In this document: positions 54,040 through 64,000 of the stretch, in pieces | How positions within the stretch are numbered: position 1 is the first letter of the stretch | How the letters are laid out: each line of letters starts with the position of its first letter | NCBI GenBank assembly: GCA_964016885.1 | Contig: OZ024743.1 | Location: 16,864,001 to 16,928,000, forward strand | Direction of reading: 5' to 3' | Source of the DNA: Eledone cirrhosa | Taxonomy: Eukaryota | DNA length: 64,000 bases | The notes under the pieces: generated by a model | Told to the model about the DNA's origin: nothing | Database searches by the model: none | Seen by the model: only the letters and a program-made list of their open reading frames with translations | Translations under genes and position numbers: made by a program

Positions 54040-55180
54040 TAGAGAAACTCCATTTTGTGTCCCAAATGCAAAGTATGGGTGCATAAAAGATGTAGTGGGA
54101 TCACAGGTAAGCTAACTAAGAACATACATTTTACATGTGGCCGGTGCTCTGGTGCAATATGTGGCAGCAAGTGCCCACAGGATACTAGCTCTTTCAACTG
54201 CGCAGAGGGTTCTATAGAAATAGTGGACAGCTTCCGTTACCTGGGTGACAAAATCAGCAGTGGGGGAGGGTGCTCTGAAAGTACAGTAGCTAGAGTCAGA
54301 ACTGGATGGAAAAAGTTCAGAGAGCTTATACCACTATTAGCCGCTAAAGGGTTCTCCCTAAAAATGAAAGGCAGGTTGTATGATGCCTGCATACGATCAG
54401 CAATGTTGCATGGAAGTGAGACCTGGGCATTGTGTGCAGAGGATATACGCAGAGGATATACGCTGGATGTGTAATAGTAATATACGTGAACGGCAAAGCA
54501 TAAACGAACTAAGGAAAAAATTAGAAATAAGAGGGATCAGATGTTGTTTACTCGAGAGAAGGCTACGTTATGGTCACGTGATGCGCAAGAAGGACGATAG
54601 CTGTATAACAAAGTGCAGAGCAAATAAAGATAGACGGTAGCCACGGAATAGGCAGACCCAGAAAAACCTGGGACGAGCTGATAAATTCCGACCTCACACA
54701 CTTACACGTCACCAAGACAATGTCACTGGACCGAGACCTTTGGCGGTACTCAGTAATAGAGAAGACCCGCCTTACCTAAATACAAAGTAAAACCTACTAC
54801 AGTCAGTAGGCATCTCTAACAAAATACACCCCCGTCCCACCACCACCACCCCATCCACACCGCCCCTTTCAATGTAAAGTTATGTTGGTGCCACAACATC
54901 CAGGCCGAAACAAATGAGATCGTGTAGGTGTCACGTCAAAAAAACACACAGTTCAAGCTGTAATGTGGCCGTGTAGGCAACACGGTAAAAACCTTCCCAG
55001 CCCCACACTGTAAATGTTGTTGGTGTTAGGAAGGGCATCCAGCTGTAGAAAACCCGCCAGATAGTCCTCTGCGAGCAAGATAATCACTCTTGCCTCAAGT
55101 GGGAAAATCCCCGTCCAAACCCATGCAAGCGTGGAACACGGACGTTAAACGTTGATGATGATGATGATGATGATGATGAT
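54040..55180 (+). mobile_element. RTE-clade LINE 3' fragment with PHD-like insert and (GAT)n tail
   Basis: CPKCKVWVHKRC..FTCGRC, FRYLG, KGRLY..C.RSAMLHGSETW, GHV.R, GRPRKTW; 3' UTR GGTGTTAGGAAGGGCATCCAGC...GGACGTTAAAC(GAT)n. Confidence 0.85.
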
Positions 55181-56979
55181 ATATATATATATAAATATAG
55201 CGAGAGAGTGATTGAAAGAAAAGTATAGTGAAACTGTTAGATAATGTAGATATCGTGACCGCATTTGTAAAAAATGCATGGATGTAACATCGTTATGCAA
55301 ATTAAACCATAAAAATGAAGCAAAACTTAATCTATTCAGAAGTACGAAAATTATACGATTATGTATACTTCGTTATATTATTCACTTTTACTCTGCTTCT
55401 TCTTTTTCAAATATTCAACTTTTACCTATGGTATTTATATATGAAAAACGTGTTCGTAAGTATATTTTGAAAATGCATGTCTTTGCCGGAATTAAAATGT
55501 TAAGCACACCCGATGAAAATATTCTTTAATATACAAGTAAATATATGTTTACCATCTATAATGTTATTGAATTTCTAAAAAATGCATAAGTTTATTTAAG
55601 TAAAAATATATATTGAAAATGTGATTTCTTTATTTTCATTATTTTAGTTTCCATTATTAATATTTAACCAGGATATATCTTTATATCTACTTTATATTTT
55701 GTCATGAACTCTTCTAGTCGTATACTGAGAGGTCTACACTGTTTTTAGTTTGCTTTTGTAATTATTGCTCCGATATTTCTACAGAATATTTGTCGATAAT
55801 ATATATATTCTTAAAATTGTCATCTTACAGTGCACATTTCCACCTCAGATCAAATATAAACACCATGCGTTTTCTAATGTATTACCATACCTTTGAATAC
55901 ATATTCTATATAGAGATTCCTTTTTTGTCTGTGAAAGTAGAAATAGAAGGATACTACAGTGATATACAAAACATCTCTTTGAATATATTATTAACAAAAG
56001 GAGACACATAATCAGAAGAACTTTCAAATAAATAGGCGTCATAAATATTTCAATACGCTAAATAAATAAACACCAACAAATGAGATATATTTTGGTTTAT
56101 ATTATGCTCTTTGGGCAGCCATAATTGAAATCAATGTCTTCTTACATAGCTTTTATTCCAAGGAATTTAGGAAGTTTCCTTTCAAAATATTCTTTCATGA
56201 GTTTACCTGCGGTATTTGTCACATTTTTTCATAAAATTCACTGATTGCTGGAGGTGCAGAAATTTACCTTCTTTGTTCCCTTCGCAGTATGTAAATAACG
56301 CAAGAATTTATTAAACTATTTAAATGGATGTTTTAAGCTAGACTGGATTTAGGCTGTGAGTAACGTAAGTTAGAAAGAAATACGTGAACTTGTGGTATAT
56401 TTGTTTGCTATTCAGAATTATAGCCAGGTTTATATCAATCATGAATTGAGTGATTTTGTTCACCGCCAGATGATGAGACTCGTTGGTAAATAGAATAGTG
56501 TCAAACGACAGAGTGTGAGACGAAAATTAGAAGTGTGTAGAATGTTATGGGTAAATATATCAAATTACTATGGCTAGCAAACAATAAGCTAAATAATGTG
56601 ATAATAAAAAGTGGTGTTTGTTGGAATTAGTGATACGCACGTTATTGTTATAAAAATAAGGCGAAACAAGAGTTTTTTTAAATCTGATAATTATGAAGTA
56701 TTAGAATTAAGATTCTTTGAATTACCGCAATATATATTGTGATAAAGAACTGCTGAAATAATAATATTGAAACCTATAATATTCAAAATAATTGAATGAC
56801 GATTCAATGATGCAAGATGTTACCCAGCCATTATAAAGTACGACAGAATAAAGAAATCGAACAAGGGCTGAAGCCAGCGCCTTACAATGCGCACCAGCAT
56901 CTCTTTCCCTTCAGTCCGATGCAGAATGTTAAGATGACGCTAACTTAAACAACTCAGGGCGGAGGTAACGGCTGAGCAC

Positions 56980-59200
56980 AAAAGTAGCTATTTCTACAAT
57001 ACTGCTATGTAATTCTTTCAGAACTTAACTGTCTTACACACCACAAATGTCCTCAGGCAAATTTGTAGGAAAACCCATAAATGATTATAACGTATCTGTT
57101 CTTGCTATTCAAGAACACAGATATGTACACAACGAGAATGATCTCGATATAAGAGGACAATATGTTCGTTCCTTCACACTGTTCACAACCTGTCCAGAGT
57201 AAAGGCTGAATAATTCTACGGGCGGAGAAATTATTTTGTTGAAATTATGTTGGAGAAATTATGAAAACTGACAGTGGTTGCAACATTTAAAAGCAGACGT
57301 AAAGCCAATATCATACCACATTACTGTCTTCGTATTGGTTATCTGAACAGAACTCAGCAGCTCCACAGCTAACTTCCTGTTAGCGTGTGTCTCGATAATC
57401 ATACTGTCAATCACTACTCACTAAATTAGGCCAGTATCATAAATGTGATCTGCTTCCAGACTTTGCTAATTTCTTTGAATAACTGTCTCCAAATACATTC
57501 AAATTGACTATGTTCTCGGAACAATATATCCAAGCCCCTTCTTTCTCAGACCCAGTTGCCTCAAAGTATCGAATGTTTTAATAAATGAAAACCGAAATTA
57601 CATGTATCACGGAAAATTCCATCACACATTCAAGTAAGGAACGGCTTTTCTAATATTGGACGCTGAAAACGTTGAAAACAAAATAATATGAAAATGGACA
57701 TTGTCATCTGTCATATCGTTCAAGAAGTCCATTAAAATCAGCATTGCGAACGAAGGGAAAAATCACTCCAACAAATATTTCAAAATCATCTTGTTTTCGG
57801 AAATACAGCTGGCCACAATGTTTTATAATATTAGGGCACGGACATGCAAGCAAAAAACAACAACATTCATATAAAGAGTCTTGCAAACTAGATGAAATAG
57901 TCAATATTGTCCTCACTTCCTTCGACAACTTCAAGCTTGCTGTCATCAAAATGAACGCATGGACATTTATAAATAAATTAAGAGTTAAGAAGATCTTCAG
58001 AGTGACACTTATCAAGTGTGAGAAACGTTTTAATGCTGGAGAAAATCATTTCGAAGCACCTATGAAAACCCAATATCGAAAATATATACAATATGAACAG
58101 TAATTTCTTTGGAAAATTTCTCTCTCGGGGAACTTAAAAGGACCATCAATATGGCGCCAAACATACATAGTGTTCCGCTAGATATCTGCAAGCTTCAACA
58201 TTTCTATCTTACTGCATCTTTGTAATGAGAACGGAAGCCGACATGAAAAATACAGTATTTCTGCGATAGTACCCATTCCCTAGAAAGGCAATCTTAACAA
58301 ACAAGACAATTATCACGGAGTAAGTGGGACATGGATGGTTGTACAAAGTTTTAATCGTCTTATCTTGAAAAGGCTTCGAGTAGAAACCTAAAGAGTATTA
58401 TGCCCAAAGCAAAATAGTTCCTGATAATCACATATCATGTCCATTTGCCATCTAATCGAAGAAGTACAAATACTCAAGTATAAGATATAACTTTATAGTG
58501 CTTCTAAAAGCCCTCGATAGCATTAACAGTGAAAGTATGTTGTCTTTCTACTTGCTTCCGGTATTCTTTTCAAACTCCTTAATGAAATCAGGATCATGTA
58601 CGACAACAATCTCGCTACGGTACTGAGAGCAGAAGGAAAAAGATGATTTTTTATCAAGTGGTTACAGGTGGACGTCAAAGAGATCCCCTTGCATCGTATT
58701 TATTTATCTTAATAACTGATTATGCATTACCTTTGCTATTGATGGATTTGTTGGTTTTACACGTCGAAAGTGTAGAATTGCGAGACAACCATCACAGCAT
58801 CTAGCAGATACGGAATTCATTGATTACATTGTTTCCTGCATAACTTCACTAAGTAATGGAGAGGAATTCTTATATATGTTAGACGTGTCTGCTCAATGTA
58901 TAGGACCACTCAAGGTATGATTTCAAATATCTTGGCTCATACCTCAACTCGGCAAATGATAAAAAGAATACGATAGCATAATCATGGACTGCTATGAACT
59001 CATTAAATAAAAAATAGCAAACCATTATTGAAAGCCATAGTGAATTAAATCTTACTGTGTGCATATGAATTTTTGTCAGTGAAAATATCTATCACCAAAT
59101 CTTTAGACGGTCGCTACAGCCGAATTTTAAAAAAGGATAAAGAAAATCAATCATCTGTAACATGTTACAAACAAAACGGCAACCTCAGACCTATTAGCCA
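56980..59200 (+). pseudogene. Heavily decayed APE-RT LINE (RTE/RTEX-like)
   Basis: Relic motifs in order: VLAIQEHR (~57095), PIP*KGNL..DNYHGVS (~58272), KALDSI (~58506), Q..DPLASYLFI (~58680). Boundaries approximate. Confidence 0.6.
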
Positions 59201-59424
59201 TGCCATTCCTAACACGATTATTCAGGACCTGAATTGAATGAATTCAGTAGTTAGTAACGGCAAATATTCTAAAATAAATTTAACATGAAATGAAATTAAA
59301 TACACCCGACGATATATACATTTCATTACGAAATATATTAGAATCGTTTATGAATATCATGAATAAATAAATAAATAAATAAATGGATGCATATTCTATA
59401 CTTTTATATATATTTTATTATATA

Positions 59425-60085
59425 CTAGCAGTAAAGCCCGGCGTTGCTCGGGGTCGCTCAGTAGCTGTGTTAAAGTTACAATGTTAAGTTTCTTTTTTGG
59501 CTTAAAGTCTGTCTGCACGACTGTCTGTCTGCACACCTAACGAAATTTACAGATACATATATTTTAAATAAACTTATATAATTTTTGCTTTTTTTTTACG
59601 AAATATTTGCTTGTTTTACGTAGTCTTTAAATAGACTTGTTTTCAAGTAAAAATATTGTTTTAAAAGGCTTTTAAATGGAAATGAAGCAAAACAGAAGCT
59701 TAGTGTTCGAACTGATGAATTTTGCAGGTCAACATTTTGCTGGCTCGACAACTGTTCGTGTATTGTGTTAATGTCATTTTAAACGCTGAGAAAGCCAGCG
59801 TAATTTTTTTAATTTTTGCACGCAGAAAATGTAAACAGAACGTAAGACGCTCAATGTAAACAGAACAAAGGGAAATAACTGATCACTTACGCTCAAAAAT
59901 CGATACATTATATTCGATTTCGTCAGATAGGGCGGGTCAATTTGAAATATTTTTTCTCCGATGTCTTCGCTAGGGCTCAATGTACAAGTATAGCAATTTC
60001 GGTGCAATTCCGTGAGAGATTCTAAGAGGAGATGTGTGCCAAAAATCGATAGACAGACAGACAACCTCAGTTTTATATATATAGA
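59425..60085 (-). mobile_element. Non-autonomous Helitron
   Basis: On the minus strand: A|TCTATATAT.. 5' end with a (GTCT)n tract, 3' hairpin CCCGAGC-AAC-GCCGGG 8 nt before CTAG|T; A/T target with no TSD. Confidence 0.8.
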
Positions 60086-62693
60086 TTAATTTCATGAAGC
60101 ATGCAGTGAAAAATTATCTGCCTCAGAGACAATTCTGAACCTTAATAAATATGAGTATGCATCATACTATTGGAACTTTCATCATTGCCGTCAATTTATA
60201 TGAATATATTCAAAGTATTATATGGTCAAATATATGATAATAAACCGACTTACATTTGTGATTATATCTTAAATATTATTCCTCAGTAAGCTATTGGTAA
60301 TGTATTCTCAGTATTAGCAACGGTTTAATGGACTGGTAAACTACATTTCTGCCTTTCTGCAACACCATACTCGGCAAGTGAGAGTGAAGTGTTCCTATTA
60401 AAAACGCAATGAGTGATATTTTGGGAAGATTTTTCTGGATGATTCCACACGTTTCTTCAAGAATAAACCTTTGCATCCTGGCTTCAATTCCAAAAGCATT
60501 ATACGATTAATGATAATTCTACAGGCTACACATCACCATTATCATTCGATATTTATCGATCTTCAGTGCTGAACAAGCGGAATCGTTGAGATTGGTAGAT
60601 AGATATGTGGTGTATTTCTATTTTTCTTTTGTGATTTAAATTTAAATCAGATCTGGTCTACATATTCCATGGTTATCCTTAGAATTATCCATTATATTCC
60701 CTAGTCAAAGGATACGAGATAAGTGATGTTGGGTGTTATATCACCAACTCATATTACGTTTTCTATGCAATAAATAATTCCTTGAAAGTTCAGAATGATA
60801 TCCTATTTTACATCTCTTCTTGCATGAAAAATGAGAAATATGAGTGAATCATGCTTCTTGTAACATTAGTACGGATCGCTAGAATTTTTTGTGGATATAA
60901 TTTTATGAGAATTTTAAGAAAAGAAAATTTCTCATGGGAAGACATTCGATAATGGGTAAATGATTAACTATACATATTTGTATTCTTAGAATAGAATGTC
61001 TTTCTTATAATGACTCTAGAACACTTCCTCGTTGTGATGGTTTTCTAAATTTATATTCTTTACATTTATTGGCAAAATCATGTATTATAATAGCAATTTG
61101 CAATAGCAAAATGTGTCGATACCAATGTCTAGGATTCCAGGAAATAATTCTGTAGCGACACGGAAAAGAATCACATCAAAAGAAAACAAGTGACGTTAAT
61201 CTCTGATGGAATTTCGCTCCTGTCAGTAATCCATAAACAGGATCTGCGCAATATAAATTTTCACTCGCACGATTCTAACTGTATATCGTTCGGTACTGTT
61301 TCTTACACAAATACACGAAGATTCAAGTCCAGAAACAGTGATCCCTAACTTTCTATACAGATACTCAATTACGAATTGGATTGGCCCAATTATGTTTTTG
61401 TAGTATCGGGCAGCACCTGTTATCCTGCCGCCATAGAGCAAATCAGCTCCCTCCATACGCTCCACGGAAGAGATCCTGACGAAGCCGGCTTCCATCACAT
61501 TGTAGCCACATGACGTGATCCAGAAGTGATAAAACGCTTCCCATTCGAGTGGAATAAATCGACAATCAATTAAGTCTCGTGGTATGATTTGATGCACTTC
61601 TCCAACATTGAATATAATGCTACACACCCGGTAACCGCAGCTCGCAATGCTGAGGAGTGAACGATGACAGAACATTGGAGCTTGACACACTGATTTCCTC
61701 TCATGTTATGTGCCGTTGGTACCTCATTTATCCTTCGCGCCCTAACTGCTGTTTACCTCCCTAGGATTGGAAAGAGAGCAGCTCGCCCAAGGTAGATGTT
61801 GTTGCTGTTACAGCAGGGGGCATTGTAATTTCTTCGTAGTGCACATCTTAAGTATGCAGCTTTTACAAGGAGGAAATGTCTATAGAATCTAAAATATGTT
61901 TTAAATTGCTACTAAAGGACAACGAATATTCCTGATTTAAATCATAAATAGTATCCATCGGACATATTGCTTTCCATTTCTCCATCGAGAATATGTGTTG
62001 TCTAATTAACGGGTCATAAAACATTCATGGTTGTCATTAAGTAAATGTGTGAATTATTTTATGAATGTATTCCCTTTTTTGTATCACACCATTTATTCTT
62101 TATTTCATGAAAGAAAGAAATGATTTAATTTGCAGCTAGACATATCTGAACGGAACGCTTTAGGAAACGGAAACAGCAAATTATAACATCTGACACAAAA
62201 TCTCCTTTAATTAATTGAAGTTAACTTGCCCTAGTCTATTGAATTTCAAATTCAATTTGCATATACTTTGACAGTTTTCACAAAAACAAATATTACATCA
62301 TTGTTTAATTATAAAACAATATCCAAAGTTTTGCATTTAATAATTGATTTTCTTCAACCAAGCACTCTATTAATCAGAACACAACGCTTATGCCCATTCA
62401 TCATACATTTAGAGATAAATTTCATTTTAAATGATGCCAAATAATATCCAGCTATAATTGATGCAATATACTTAGTTTGCTTTGGAAGAAACCGATGAAT
62501 ATTTTATATTCGAAATCTTACTTTTACCTTTGTTATCAAGTCACAGAATGTGGGTCATTTACATCTTTAGTAAAGGGAATGTTTAAAAAGCAAACATATA
62601 TATTTATTTATATTGTTTTCTCGAAACAATTCAAGGCAGGTGGCATTTCCCTATAATTGGAAATACGTGATTATAAGAATACAGTTAAAACAA

Positions 62694-62740
<47 letters not shown>

Positions 62741-63482
62741 CGTGTGTGTGTGTCTCTGTGTGTGTGTGTGTGTGCGTGCGTGTGTCTGTGTATGTAGGCT
62801 TATTCACTAACATTTATAAAATAGTTTTTCATCTGTTCCTTCGACTCATATATGTTGTCTTCCATTATGGGATCACGAATTATTTCCAATTGTATATTTA
62901 AAAACATCTATTTCTTAATATATGAAAATATCATCTGCATTGGAATTATTTGGAGAGAAAATATTACAATGTACATGCCCGTACGCCGGAAGTACCGCCG
63001 GATGCTGCACATACGGATGAAAGATCAGATGGCAACGACAATTTATTGTCTCAAAAAACACCTTAATAAATGCTACGGGCGAGACATTGAGGTCGCCATA
63101 TAGACGAAGGAAAGAAATGAAGAACATTTAACAATAAAACAGATTATTATTATTAAAACGGAAAATCCACAAAGAAGAATAGATCGGAAATTCATGAGGC
63201 GATTTGGCTACATAACCGCGACAAACATGTCAATGTAACACACACCAGTTAGAGAGGAACACATCGATGTTTCATTTTGTTTTGAAGTCTCTTGATTTTA
63301 AAATTGGAAATATGTTGACATATACTTGGTAAACACATTATTTGTTTTGTATTATTTGCCAACCTTTGCAAGTTTAATATATTTCTACTGCAATGTAACA
63401 TCATTCTGAAAATGATCAGTCATTTAATACAATTATGCACACACTAACACACACGCAGACACATGCACACAAATACCTCCCT

Positions 63483-63542
<60 letters not shown>

Positions 63543-64000
63543 TTTAGTATGTTATCTATTAGCCTGAGTTACAAACCCTTCAGAGATGTGTAATTCAGGA
63601 TCCATATTAGTTTTATAGACAAAATCCACACTCAGTCTTCACATCAGCCTTGCTAATCAAGCAGAAGGGAAATTCCATCTGTGGGTATCGCAAGTTAAGT
63701 CTGTTATACATACATATGTATACTCCAAATAATGTACATACACACGTGTTCACTCATATATATTTCAAATGAAGAGATGAAAGGTTATCGAATCGAATAC
63801 ATCATTAATCTTTACAATCGTTTCTGTACAAGTAATAAGATGCCCTGTATTTGTAAACAACGAACCAATCAAAAATAATTACGTAACATTTATTCACACA
63901 GACGCACTACATATATGGATACATAGCATCATGAATTATCGAAGGGGATACCATTTAATCAGATATAAATATCAACAACACAGACATTATCAAATGTTGA

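Noticed and set aside
53650-54042. ORFs spanning the N run
   Set aside because: Artefacts of the assembly gap.
60291-60476. Possible host exon
   Set aside because: Short ORF with no recognisable motif or convincing splice context.

Overview
AT-rich, microsatellite-rich animal genomic DNA made almost entirely of nested retroelements; no host gene could be supported. The RTE 3' tail and the Meta/MESC-type SINE resemble octopod cephalopod repeats, but that taxonomic call is inference only. Zone 1 (1-31.8 kb) is an array of non-LTR elements inserted in (TAA)n/(TTA)n tracts: three Tx1/L1-clade copies, all on +, and R4/Dong-type RLE elements of two families, all on -, plus a CR1 element nested in one Dong copy. 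Zone 2 (31.8-53.5 kb) is a (TA)n-rich cluster of Penelope-like elements (Naiad-type and Neptune-type); two of them form 2-3 kb-arm head-to-head palindromes. Embedded in zone 2 is the most interesting signal: a non-coding ~430-bp repeat carrying a type I hammerhead ribozyme (5 copies; ACGATG-CTGACGA-stem II-GAAAC-TA-GTA-CATCGT). It is arranged in the same divergent inverted architecture as the PLEs and is a candidate retrozyme/circRNA family mobilised by the neighbouring PLEs. Further degenerate hammerhead-like motifs occur nearby. Zone 3 (after a 200-N gap) holds an RTE 3' end, an old RTE-like LINE, a non-autonomous Helitron and unassigned sequence. All calls were made by eye; no searches or folding programs were run.
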